Assembly (NCBI GenBank): GCA_050015395.1
Contig: JBEKBM010000010.1
Location: 25,267 to 89,266, forward strand
From: Candidatus Bathyarchaeia archaeon
GTDB lineage: Archaea > Thermoproteota > Bathyarchaeia > Bathyarchaeales > Bathycorpusculaceae
Length of the DNA: 64,000 nucleotides
Direction of reading: 5' to 3'
Numbering within the stretch: the stretch's first letter is position 1; the number at the start of each line of letters is the position of its first letter. Below, piece by piece: positions 20,031 to 30,115 of this stretch. Below the pieces are notes generated by a model, which saw only the letters and a list, made by a program, of their open reading frames with translations, searched no databases and was not told the DNA's origin. The translations under genes were made by a program, and so were the position numbers.

Positions 20031-21931
20031 TGGCGTTTGATGATATTTCCGCATGGCTTGTTTGGGTATTTCCGCTTGTTGCAAGCGTGTTCGTTCCCTT
20101 AATCGCAAAAAAAGGCGACAAAGTTCGAAACTACTTTGTCATAGCAGTTGCAGTAGTTACCGCAGCCTTTGCGTTTTCACTTGTACCTGGCGTCTTTTTC
20201 GGCAATGGGCTACCAACAGAATCGACAATTCCTTGGATTGCAGGCATCAACGCTGGAGTATACATTGATCCGCTGTCGATATTGTTCACGTGCCTTGTTG
20301 CCTTCTTCGGGTTAATTATCGCCATCTACTCTTGGGGTTACATGAAAGGCGAAGAAGGATTAACACGATACTACTTCCTAATTCTACTTTTCATAGGCTC
20401 AATGATAGGCCTTGTGATCTCAGATAACCTGCTTCAGTTGTTCATTTTCTGGGAAATGGTAGGCTTATGCTCTTACGCGTTAATTGCTTTCTGGTATAAA
20501 CGGCCCGAATCAGTTAATGCAGGCAATAAAGCTTTCATCATGACCCGCATCGGCGACATATCCCTGCTTGCAGCCATCGGTATACTTTACATGACTTACG
20601 GAACCTTCAGTCTCCATGGAATAATCAGTGACATGCAATCAGCTGCAGCAGCAGGAACTTTGAACACGGGACTTATGGTCACGGCTTTCTTCCTAGTTTT
20701 AGGCGGCGCAATCGCAAAGTCCGCTCAGCTCCCATTGTTCACTTGGCTCTACAGCGCAATGGAGGCACCAACTTCAGTCAGCGCCCTATTGCACGCTGCC
20801 ACAATGGTTAAGGCAGGTATCTACCTTCTTGCAAGATTCATCCTCATAGCTGCAGCAGTCGCTCCCTTAATGATCGCGCTTCAGCCGTACTGGTTGCCAA
20901 CAGTAGCTTGGATAGGGGTCTTAACGGCGATTGTCGGCGCTACGTTGGCTTTAACCACAACTGACATCAAAGGGGTTCTTGCATACTCAACTGTTAGTCA
21001 ACTCGGTTTCATGATGGCTGCTTTAGGTTCAGCTCTTAACGGGGCTGCATCTGTCGGCTGGTTCGCAAGTTTATTCCAAATGGTAAGCCATGCTTTCTTC
21101 GAAGGCCTCGGTTTCCTCCTTGCAGGAGGCATCATACATGCACTCGGCACAAGAGACATGCGGTTGATGGGTGGCTTAAGGAAAGCTATGCCCGTCACCT
21201 TCGCTTTGATGGTGATAATGGTTATAACTACTAGCGGTCTGCCTCCTTTCGCTGCATTCTTCAGTAAAGGCTTAATTATTACCAGCGTAACCGGTGCAGG
21301 GTACTTGGCAGAGGCAATCCTGCTTTATGCCACAACGGCAATTACGTTTGCTTATGTGATACGGATGTTAAGTCTAGTTTTCATGGGTAAAGAATCAGAA
21401 CACTTAATCAAACAGCATCCGCATGAAGCTCCAAATGTTATGCTAATCCCAGCTGCGGTACTTGCAGGCTTATGCATTGTTTGGGGTTTAGCTGAGCCTC
21501 TGGTACAGACATTTATGCATGTAAACCTTGGACTCACACTCCTCGGCTCATTCACCAACATTGAAACACCCATTTTCCTAGCTCTCCTCGTGCCGACTGG
21601 ATTACTTTTGTACTGGAGTTACTACAAGAACTATCAAGCCGTGAGAAATATTGGTGGCGGTTCAAATCCAATTGCAACAATGCTAAATCACGCTTACTTC
21701 TTTGACGACATCTACGATGCCGTAACCAAAGGAATCGGAAAGTTTTCTGAAGGCCTTAAATATGTTGATGATTTGGCGAATCTGGGATTAAACTCCTTTG
21801 CAGGTTGGTTTGTGCGAGCCTCTTCAAAGCTGAAAAAAGTGCCATCCACAACGGTTCAAAATTACATTGCTGCCGGAATAGTTGGTTTCATACTAATCGT
21901 AGTGCTGATAATATTAACGGTAGGGGTGTAA
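20030..21931 (+). CDS. nuoL: NuoL/MrpA-like antiporter subunit
   Basis: FWEMVGLCSY, TRIGD, KSAQLPLFTWL and AMEAPTSVSALLHAATMV motifs. Confidence 0.92.
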   Translation: MAFDDISAWLVWVFPLVASVFVPLIAKKGDKVRNYFVIAVAVVTAAFAFSLVPGVFFGNGLPTESTIPWIAGINAGVYIDPLSILFTCLVAFFGLIIAIYSWGYMKGEEGLTRYYFLILLFIGSMIGLVISDNLLQLFIFWEMVGLCSYALIAFWYKRPESVNAGNKAFIMTRIGDISLLAAIGILYMTYGTFSLHGIISDMQSAAAAGTLNTGLMVTAFFLVLGGAIAKSAQLPLFTWLYSAMEAPTSVSALLHAATMVKAGIYLLARFILIAAAVAPLMIALQPYWLPTVAWIGVLTAIVGATLALTTTDIKGVLAYSTVSQLGFMMAALGSALNGAASVGWFASLFQMVSHAFFEGLGFLLAGGIIHALGTRDMRLMGGLRKAMPVTFALMVIMVITTSGLPPFAAFFSKGLIITSVTGAGYLAEAILLYATTAITFAYVIRMLSLVFMGKESEHLIKQHPHEAPNVMLIPAAVLAGLCIVWGLAEPLVQTFMHVNLGLTLLGSFTNIETPIFLALLVPTGLLLYWSYYKNYQAVRNIGGGSNPIATMLNHAYFFDDIYDAVTKGIGKFSEGLKYVDDLANLGLNSFAGWFVRASSKLKKVPSTTVQNYIAAGIVGFILIVVLIILTVGV

Positions 21932-21935
21932 TGAA

Positions 21936-23483
21936 ATGACTTTTGCTCTTCTAGCAGTATTTGCAATTCCAACTCTAAGCATACCATTGGTTTACCTTAC
22001 TGGAAAGAAATCGCCTAAAGCTGCAGCGATCTTTATTGCTTTAATTGCCCTAGTTAACATAGCGTTACTCTTAACGACTGTTCCAACGATTCTCAACAGC
22101 TCAACCCATCAATACACTGAATCCTACACCTGGATTTCCGTAATCAAAACGTCATTCACACTTTTCGCCGACGGCATCAGCGTTTCCATAGCCCTAGTAA
22201 GCCTCATTCTTATTCTAGTTGCGGCTCTGTTCTCAATCTCCTACATGACTGGAAAAAAGAACCTGCCAGTCTTCTATGCATTACTATGCATGCTTACTGT
22301 CGGCTCAGTAGGCGTCTTCCTAACATCTAACCTTATCCTATTCTACTTCTGCTGGGAACTAATGCTTGTCCCAGCATACTTCATCATTGGCGAATGGGGC
22401 TACAAAGACTCATACAAGCATGCATTCAAATTCTTCATATACACACATGCAGGCGCCGTCTTCGTACTCTTAGGCATCGGCGCAACCTACATAGCAACAG
22501 GAACCACCAATATGTTTCAAGCCCAAGCTGCCCTAATGACGGCTAGCCCAACTCTTGTCAAGTGGATTCTCATAGCCTTAACCGCAGGATTCGCTGTTAA
22601 AATGGCTGTTATACCAGTCCACATGTGGCTGCCCGATGCTTACTCTGAAGCGCCTGCACCAATGTCAGCGCTGTTAGGCGGTGTCATGATAAGTGCAGGA
22701 GCTTACGCAATGCTTCGCCTTTCACTGGGAATAGTTTTCCCAGCAGTCGGAATAACATTCGGAACAAACTTCCTACATGCGTTAGCCATTGTCGGCGTAC
22801 TTTCCGCCTTCTTTGGGTCACTAATAGCGTTAGTTTCAACTGATATAAAACGGCTTATCGCATACTCAAGCATCGCCCAAATGGGTTACATAATGTTCGG
22901 GCTTTCACTCTTTCCCGCAAATGCCGCTGCTGGAATAGTTGTACTTCTGGCCTCATCCATCGCAATAACCGGAACTGTCCTTCATATTATCAGCCACGCC
23001 CTAAGCAAAGGCCTCCTCTTCCTCACTGCAGGAGGGGTAATGCATCAAACAGAAAAAAGAGATATCCGTAAAATGGGTGGATTAGCATCCAAGATGCCGT
23101 TCACAGCGGTTTCATCAACTATAGCAGCCTTAAGCATAGGCGGAGCGCCACCTTTCGCATGCTTTATCAGTGAATTTCTAATATTCGTCGGCGCTTTCCA
23201 AATAATACACGTTGATTCATTTTACATTATACCCACTGCTCTTATGCTCATAGTAACGGTGCTTTCGCTTGCATACATGCTGAGATTCACTTCAAATGTT
23301 TTCCTTGGTCAATCAAAAGACGAAGAGGGCGAAATAAGCGAAGAGGGCAAAGAGGAAAAGAAAACTCTTGAGGTTTCAAACTACATGAAGCTGTCTTTCG
23401 CTATCTTAGTGGTATTAATCATCCTTGTAGGGATCTACCCAACATTCTTCCTAAATCTAATTCAAACGGTGAGGATTGGTTAA
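21936..23483 (+). CDS. nuoM: NuoM-like antiporter subunit
   Basis: FCWELMLVPAY, KMAVIPVHMWLPDAYSEAP and DIKRLIAYSS motifs. Confidence 0.9.
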   Translation: MTFALLAVFAIPTLSIPLVYLTGKKSPKAAAIFIALIALVNIALLLTTVPTILNSSTHQYTESYTWISVIKTSFTLFADGISVSIALVSLILILVAALFSISYMTGKKNLPVFYALLCMLTVGSVGVFLTSNLILFYFCWELMLVPAYFIIGEWGYKDSYKHAFKFFIYTHAGAVFVLLGIGATYIATGTTNMFQAQAALMTASPTLVKWILIALTAGFAVKMAVIPVHMWLPDAYSEAPAPMSALLGGVMISAGAYAMLRLSLGIVFPAVGITFGTNFLHALAIVGVLSAFFGSLIALVSTDIKRLIAYSSIAQMGYIMFGLSLFPANAAAGIVVLLASSIAITGTVLHIISHALSKGLLFLTAGGVMHQTEKRDIRKMGGLASKMPFTAVSSTIAALSIGGAPPFACFISEFLIFVGAFQIIHVDSFYIIPTALMLIVTVLSLAYMLRFTSNVFLGQSKDEEGEISEEGKEEKKTLEVSNYMKLSFAILVVLIILVGIYPTFFLNLIQTVRIG

Positions 23484-23496
23484 CTGAGGGTGAACT

Positions 23497-25005
23497 TTGA
23501 TGGTTGAAATAATAGATGCCCTATTACCGATATTTACTCTAGCTATCGCAGCATTGCTAACTATTCCAGTGTTCAGGCTGATAAGAAAAAGCAATTACAA
23601 GACTGCCTTGACCCTGGGCTGGTTCATAGCCGTGTTTGCAATTGCAGGCGCAACAGTAGCTAACTTAGCGCTTAACTATTACAGTACACCCTCACCGGGC
23701 ATTATTAGCTTGGGCTTAAGCGGGGCTGCTTCATCAATTTTCTCAAGCGCCTTCCTAGTAGACGCCATCTCAATTTACATGGCAATAATCATAGTAGCAA
23801 TCAGCGCCGTAGTCCTAATCTACACCGTGTTCGCCGTCGGCTCAAACGACAGGCCATCAGAACGATACTTCGCCATCATGCTAATGACCACCGCGTCCTT
23901 ACTTGGCGCTGTCCTCGCCGGCGACCTCCTAACACTCTTCATATTCTGGGAAGCCGCAACAGCAGGCGGAGCATTCTTAATGCTATTCAAGAAAAACGCG
24001 TTCTCCATCAATGCCACACTAAAATATCTCATCATGATCATCATCGCTTCAGCATTCGTAGTCTTAGGGCTTTCACTCGTCTACGGTTTAACAGGAACCC
24101 TAAACTATCTGGCAGTTGGCCAAGATTTAAAAACTTTAAGTAATAATCACCTGCTTATCATAGCATTCATATTCATAGCAGCCGGCTACGCCATTGAAGC
24201 GGCAATTGTACCCTTCCACTTCTGGCTACCAGACGCTTACACCGCAGCCCCAGCGCCATCAGCAGCTTTCCTCTCAGCCCTCGTTGACCAAGGAAGCTAC
24301 TACATCCTCATAAGAGTACTCTTGTACATCTTACTTCCCTCAACGATAAACTGGACTATCATGTTAGCCGTCATGGCAGCATTAACCATGATTGTAGGCA
24401 ACTTGTTTGCATTAATACAGAATGACGTAAAACGTTTAATGGCATACATCTGCGTAGCCGATGTGGGCTATAACCTTGTAGCAATATCAAGCGTAACCGC
24501 AGTTGGCTTACTTGGCAACCTTTACTTCTTTTTAATCGGCGGCATAACCACAGCCCTCGCTTTCATGACAATCGGCATCATAAACAGTCACGGATTCAAA
24601 AGCTTAGACGACTTCTCGGGTCTAGGAAAGAAAATGCCGCTTGTATGTTTAGCCTTGGTAATGGCTGGGCTTTCATTTGCGGGTGTTCCACCCTTCGGAG
24701 GGTTCATAGGTAAATACTTAGTCTTCACTGCAGCTATAGAAGCGAACCTAAGCTGGCTAGCAGTTATCGGCGTTTTGACAAGTGTCCTTCAAACCGCATA
24801 CTTGTTCAGGCTAATCTATGTCATGTACGGAAAGAAATCCAAAGACGAAACAGCAATAAAAGAATCAAAACGGATACTTATCCCAATCTTCATCCTGGCT
24901 GGGTCACTGATAATCTTGGGCCTGTTCCCAAGCATCGTGCTCAACCTAATCCACCCCGTTGTACACCAACTCCAATCAATTATACCAAATCTACCAACAG
25001 TATAA
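23497..25005 (+). CDS. nuoN: NuoN-like antiporter subunit
   Basis: ATLKYL, PFHFWLPDAYTAAP and AGVPPFGGFIGK motifs. Confidence 0.88.
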   Translation: MMVEIIDALLPIFTLAIAALLTIPVFRLIRKSNYKTALTLGWFIAVFAIAGATVANLALNYYSTPSPGIISLGLSGAASSIFSSAFLVDAISIYMAIIIVAISAVVLIYTVFAVGSNDRPSERYFAIMLMTTASLLGAVLAGDLLTLFIFWEAATAGGAFLMLFKKNAFSINATLKYLIMIIIASAFVVLGLSLVYGLTGTLNYLAVGQDLKTLSNNHLLIIAFIFIAAGYAIEAAIVPFHFWLPDAYTAAPAPSAAFLSALVDQGSYYILIRVLLYILLPSTINWTIMLAVMAALTMIVGNLFALIQNDVKRLMAYICVADVGYNLVAISSVTAVGLLGNLYFFLIGGITTALAFMTIGIINSHGFKSLDDFSGLGKKMPLVCLALVMAGLSFAGVPPFGGFIGKYLVFTAAIEANLSWLAVIGVLTSVLQTAYLFRLIYVMYGKKSKDETAIKESKRILIPIFILAGSLIILGLFPSIVLNLIHPVVHQLQSIIPNLPTV

Positions 25006-25400
25006 GAAAACTCAGCTTAACCACAAGCAAGCGAAGACCCACCCAAGATAGACCTTCCTCACCTTTCTTTCTTTATTCCAAACCCTAAATCAATGCAAAA
25101 TGGGCGACCTAAGTTTTTTCATTTTTCAATAAGTTTTAATTTTTAAAGTATGTATTTGCTATGAAAATCATCAGTACAATGGAAAAAAATTTTCATGCCG
25201 CTTCTATGAACACTTACGTTATAAACTTTAGCTGGCGCCTTTTTGGTCAAGAACTAGTTGTGGTTGGACTTTGTACAATCCTTAGTTTTGCAACTTCATT
25301 TTTGTCTAGGTTTCACTAGTGAAAAAATTGGCCTGTCTCTGTTTTCTGATAAGGCTGTTTTGGGTTGCTTTTTTGGTTCAGGGGTTTGAGGTGTTTGCAG

Positions 25401-25480
25401 GTTGCGTCTCTACGCGTTTGCTTGCGTTTTTCTGCGTGTTTGTGCGTTGTTCTGCGTTTATTCGCGTTTCTTTGCGTTTA
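25401..25480 (+). repeat. 8 x 10-bp phased YGCGT tandem array
   Basis: gttgcgtctc tacgcgtttg cttgcgtttt tctgcgtgtt tgtgcgttgt tctgcgttta ttcgcgtttc tttgcgttta: GCGT at the same offset in all 8 decamers. Confidence 0.92.
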
Positions 25481-25518
25481 TAAATGCTTAAGTATAAGTG
25501 TTAGAAGCAAGAAGTTAT

Positions 25519-25578
25519 ATGCCGTTAACTGAGAAAGCTACCTTTACAGTAACGCTTCAAAGCTTCATTAAAGTGTAA
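25519..25578 (+). pseudogene. 19-aa ORF MPLTEKATFTVTLQSFIKV, possibly the truncated 5' end of an AbrB-like regulator
   Basis: ATG downstream of TATA-like motifs after the phased array; family resemblance is from recollection only. Confidence 0.35.
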
Positions 25579-25920
25579 ATTCGTGTAAAAAGTGCAAAAA
25601 AGTGTGCTAATAAGAGCTCAACTTGTCGCTGACTCAAACGGCAATTCAGCATGACGTCTCAGAATTTAATTTTCGAGTTTTTTTCTCCGCTAATTTTTGT
25701 TCTGTTTGTTTTGGGTTGCTTATTTGGTTTAGGGTTTGTAAAGGTATTCGTTTTGATTTTAGTTTAAATTTTTTCAGAAATCCAATGAAAAATAAATTGG
25801 AAAGCCGGCGCGTGCTTGCGGTTTGAGTGAGCTATACTCGCGCGTTCGGAACAAATCTCAGCACGAATTTACTGATTAGACGGACAGGCAGCCAGCGCGC
25901 TTTTAGCAACATCTCCGCCA

Positions 25921-27177
25921 TCAGCCATTCGTTTGCGCGGGTTGCGTATGAATCGATGTCGAAATAAGCCAGGCTGAAACCGCCAAGCATGCGGCGGCGG
26001 TTATGAAGGTTGTATAGAATCCGAGATAAAATGAGGAGAATCCCGAAACTAGGGATCCAATCATCGTGGCGATTGCCACCAGTGCACTGTAGACCCCCAA
26101 GGAAGAACCCTGATTTGTTTGTCCAAGCGCGTTGAACACCATGGTGTTCGATGCGGTGTAGTATATCGAATAGGCAAGTCCGGCGGCAAGGGGATAGAAA
26201 ATTAGTACGGGAGCCAGGAACCATATTCCGGCTACGAGGTATACGGAAACACCCAATAGCCCGTAGCACGTTGATCTTAGGATAAGGCTTGCGACCGTTG
26301 CCTTAACAGGCGATTTTTTCTCGGTGTAGGGTCCAGCAAACCTGAATGAAACTACCTGGACCGCCATGCTGATTGCTGTGGCTAAGAAAATCAGCAGGTT
26401 CGAAGCATGATTCGCCTGCAAAGAGGGAACGATTGAAGTGTTGAAGATTCCCGACCCCAGATAGAACGCGAAGATGGAGAGATAAAGAAGCGGCACTTGT
26501 CTGGTAAGTTCGTATTTTAATGCTCTGAACTCCCTTCTGAAATCGTTTAACCTGGGAATCCTCAAGAACAGGTACGGAATGGCTTGAAGCCGCTGAAAGA
26601 AGCTGGGCTTAGTCAAGGCTATTATACGTCGCTCGAAAATAACGTTCGGCTCATTTATCATCAGAACAGAAAGACCAGCAGAAATCAACGACAGAATTGC
26701 CAAAGCCAGTACAATGTAACTTAACGAAAAAACCAAAGACCAAGCCAAGCAGAGAACCAGCCCCACAGTGTTGCCGATGCTCACAATCATAGATAATCTT
26801 GCAAACGCACTAGCCCACTTTTGTTTGCGCTCCGTCTCCATGATGAGAAGATTCAAAGGCGTTGTCGAAGCGGTCGTTGCAAAAGAGAACAAGGCGTACA
26901 GCAAAGAGATAGAGTAAAAGGTTCTTGCAACGAAAAACAAGACAAAAACCCCGGCCGTCGCCACGTAACTCACAATGATAATCGGCCTCCTTCTGCGGGC
27001 TCGATCAGCAGCAAAACCCCAAAACATAGCAGCAGGAATGCTAACCGTATTATACAGTGTAACCGCGAGACCGACTTCAATAACCGTTCCATGCATGTTT
27101 AAAATAAAGAGCTGAATAAGGGTCGAAACAGGCCCCAAAGCAATGCTAATTGGCAGCACCGAATTTATCCAAGCCAC
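25921..27177 (-). CDS. MFS transporter
   Basis: WGFAADRARRRRP motif A; about 12 TMs. Confidence 0.88.
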   Translation of the reverse strand: MAWINSVLPISIALGPVSTLIQLFILNMHGTVIEVGLAVTLYNTVSIPAAMFWGFAADRARRRRPIIIVSYVATAGVFVLFFVARTFYSISLLYALFSFATTASTTPLNLLIMETERKQKWASAFARLSMIVSIGNTVGLVLCLAWSLVFSLSYIVLALAILSLISAGLSVLMINEPNVIFERRIIALTKPSFFQRLQAIPYLFLRIPRLNDFRREFRALKYELTRQVPLLYLSIFAFYLGSGIFNTSIVPSLQANHASNLLIFLATAISMAVQVVSFRFAGPYTEKKSPVKATVASLILRSTCYGLLGVSVYLVAGIWFLAPVLIFYPLAAGLAYSIYYTASNTMVFNALGQTNQGSSLGVYSALVAIATMIGSLVSGFSSFYLGFYTTFITAAACLAVSAWLISTSIHTQPAQTNG

Positions 27178-27466
27178 GCGGTTCGCCTTCGCAGCGACAG
27201 CCGGACTATTCTGAACACGAGAATCAGCCTCAGGGCTTCCGCTTGATCGTTCCTGTATCGTTAGACCTCCTTTTCGAGTTCAAAATGAACCTCTTCTTCT
27301 CCGGCAGCGGTCAGCCCACTCAACCATTTTAACGCATATCATTATGCATGTCTTAAAAAATTAACTGAACGCCCAAGGATGCAGCATGCATGGATGTTCC
27401 TAAAATGGTGAAAAATGGTTTTAAGCCCGCTTCTTAGGTCAGGGTCTCTTTTCGAGGCATGCGCGC

Positions 27467-28540
27467 TCATGTTTTTTGTGTGTCTTTTATTAGCGCGGCG
27501 CTTCTCTTGAGATCGAGGATTTTGTTGTTTATCATTTCCCAAAGGTCAATTTCTGGGATGGGTCTAAAGCTGGGACAGAATTGTTCCTTAGCGATCTCAT
27601 AGATTGCTTGGTTAATTGGCATTGGAACACCTACATTGCGGGCTAATTCAAGCATGTATCCGCTTAATGTTTCTAGTTCTGTGGTTGGTTTTCCGCTGAA
27701 TACGTCTTGTGTCATGCTGGTTGGTCCGACCCTGTTGACGATGAAGTCGTGGAGAGGATTTGTGGGTGATTCTGGCATGTTAACTGCTATTTGGATATCG
27801 TTCCAAGAGGGCATGCTGCCAAGCTTGTGCTCTTTAAAGCCTGCTGCTTGCAGTACCTGGATTCCTTCTCCTAGTAGTCTTGTTGTCATGTGCACAAGGA
27901 TCTTTTCTGACTCGATTGATCGTTTTCGGAAGCCTACTAGTGCCATTAATGCGTTTATGAGGTTAATTGCTAATTTGCAGTGAACTGCATCCTGTAAACG
28001 ATTAGTGATAAAGCATTCTAATCCGGGATATAAGACGTTTTTAACGCTTTTAAGTTCGAGTTGCAGGTCATTGTTCGGGGTTCCAATAATTAGGTATCCT
28101 CGTTTTACATATGTGGCTTTCCCGACACCGTCTCGCCACGCGTTGTAGCAGACGACGCCGTATATTGCTCTAGAAAAATACTTGGGCAGTATCTGCTGGT
28201 TTTCTACGCCGTTCTGAAGGCTTGCAACGATTGGCTGACAATTTCCAAGTTGGTGCCGAAGCGTATGTGCTGTTCGGTCGAGATCATAGTTTTTCACGGT
28301 AATGATTATAATGTCTGGAGGCGGAATCTCGTCTAGTGATTCAATTACTTTTACTGGCATTGGAGCAGTTGTGGCTTCTTGACCTATTTTGTAAAGCCGT
28401 AACCCGTGTCTTCTAATCGCAGCAACGCTTTCGCCTCGTGCTAGAAGATTCAAGTTTTCATTGTGAGGAAAAATCCAGCCTGCTACGCTTAAACCGATTG
28501 CCCCCGCTCCGACGATTAGAACATTGGGTTTTTCTTTCAA
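27467..28540 (-). CDS. Ketopantoate reductase (PanE/ApbA) family oxidoreductase
   Basis: GAGAIG, TVKNYD, LQNGV, KLAIN, TSMTQD and TELETLSG motifs. Confidence 0.85.
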   Translation of the reverse strand: MKEKPNVLIVGAGAIGLSVAGWIFPHNENLNLLARGESVAAIRRHGLRLYKIGQEATTAPMPVKVIESLDEIPPPDIIIITVKNYDLDRTAHTLRHQLGNCQPIVASLQNGVENQQILPKYFSRAIYGVVCYNAWRDGVGKATYVKRGYLIIGTPNNDLQLELKSVKNVLYPGLECFITNRLQDAVHCKLAINLINALMALVGFRKRSIESEKILVHMTTRLLGEGIQVLQAAGFKEHKLGSMPSWNDIQIAVNMPESPTNPLHDFIVNRVGPTSMTQDVFSGKPTTELETLSGYMLELARNVGVPMPINQAIYEIAKEQFCPSFRPIPEIDLWEMINNKILDLKRSAALIKDTQKT

Positions 28541-28847
28541 GGGATCACACTCGTCGATCGTTCTTACCGTTCTTTAACAACACCTTGTCCAGAACGGGCG
28601 AGATAATTATAATTTGCTGAGAGCAAATCGATAAATTAATGCACCAGATGGGAAAGACTCGTGCGTGCTTTCGACCATGGTTGGAATTGAACCCTGCCCA
28701 ACGCATTTCTGTTGTAGTTTCCTATCTAAAGGTTTTATTACTAACTGTATCTCACGACTGTTAACATGGAGAAGCATCCCACGAAGAGTTAACAGAACCT
28801 TTTTTCTTCTTTAGTGCTTTTTTTCTACATTAAAAAACAGCTTTTTC

Positions 28848-29007
28848 TATGTTGAAAAGCATCGTTCTGCATGCAAAGTGCGCAGTCTTCGCTCTATGCA
28901 CATCTATGTTGAATCATATTTGAAGCATATTAGAAGCATCTAGTAGACCGGTAGGTAGGCTGAGCACACACAAATACCCTAAAACAAAAAACGAGAGCTA
29001 AATACAT
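28848..29007 (-). repeat. Dispersed non-coding element, copy B
   Basis: Reverse complement of 9722-9882. Confidence 0.92.
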
Positions 29008-29107
29008 ACACGCAATAAAACTGGTCAAAGAAAGCTTAGACAGGCCTGAAAGAAAAAAGATGGTGGAATAAGGCGCTTTTGCGGCGTTTATCAGTGTCTA
29101 TTCTTTG

Positions 29108-29758
29108 CTAAGCTTCTATGCTTGTCTTTTTGCTAATGGCAACTCCAGTAGCTACTTCTGGAAATTGTTCCTTAAGCCTGTTCCCTGCAGCTAACTCTGC
29201 TTCCTCTAAGATTTTTTCTGCGTCTGCGTTTACTGTTCCAATATTCACTGGCATTTCTGTGGATTGGTTAGTTGAGGTCACTATGTCCGTTAGCAAACTT
29301 CCGATGTTTTCAAGCTCCTGACCTGCCTCTGGCAAAATAGTAGACATTCCAGAACGAATGCTGTTTAGCACACTTGCTGCTGGAGCTAACACTGTAACTA
29401 AGTCGCCAATTTCTGAAACTGTGCTGAGACGCATAGACACGCTTTCCAAAGCAAGCGACTCCTGCATCAGCATTTTCTCTACTTTGCGTATTTCCCAGAG
29501 TTCGCTGGCAAGGATGTTTGCCCGTGCCTTATCCCTTTCTGAGAGGGCTTTCACAACACATTTGAAGAGGGCAGCATCACGATTTTCAAAACGTTTTACC
29601 GCCATGTCTAGCGTCTGGGTTTGGACGTCAATGCGTTTAGTTACCAAACTGATTTGTTGTTTTATATCTTGCGAAGGCTTGCCAATGTTTTTGATCTTCG
29701 ATGTAATTAATGGCTGGCTCTCTTTATCTCTCCATTTACCCAAGAAACGGTTAACCAA
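29108..29758 (-). CDS. Snf7/ESCRT-III (CdvB-like) protein
   Basis: All-helical; DKARANILASELWEIRKVEK...LALESVSMRL...ADAEKILEEA...LKEQFPEV is typical of TACK CdvB paralogs. Confidence 0.85.
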   Translation of the reverse strand: MVNRFLGKWRDKESQPLITSKIKNIGKPSQDIKQQISLVTKRIDVQTQTLDMAVKRFENRDAALFKCVVKALSERDKARANILASELWEIRKVEKMLMQESLALESVSMRLSTVSEIGDLVTVLAPAASVLNSIRSGMSTILPEAGQELENIGSLLTDIVTSTNQSTEMPVNIGTVNADAEKILEEAELAAGNRLKEQFPEVATGVAISKKTSIEA

Positions 29759-30115
29759 GATAGCTTTCTCCTAAGTTTCCTCACTCGTTTCACCAGCAGG
29801 AAATAAAATATAAAAGAGTGTTCGAAACGATAAGTTAAAACTCGACCTCAGAAAAACCTCATTTTTAATTTTCTTTCTAAACTATTACGTGGCTGAAAGG
29901 CTTTGTTACATTGAATTTAACTGAGACTCAAGGGGAGCTCAAAAAATTTGTATTTAAGCTACTTTGATAGGTTCGTCGCTGCTAACAAAAAAACATTATT
30001 CTTCCCAACTGTTTTAGGCACTTTAACTATTTAAAAAAAAGCGTTTTCCTTGAGGGAAGGAAGTTTACTTTTTATATAAGGGTGAAGGAGTGCCCTGAAG
30101 GTAATAGAAATTCCC

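Noticed and set aside
28670-28705. tRNA-like GGTTCAATTCC on the minus strand
   Set aside because: The T-stem does not pair beyond 2 bp and no cloverleaf can be built.
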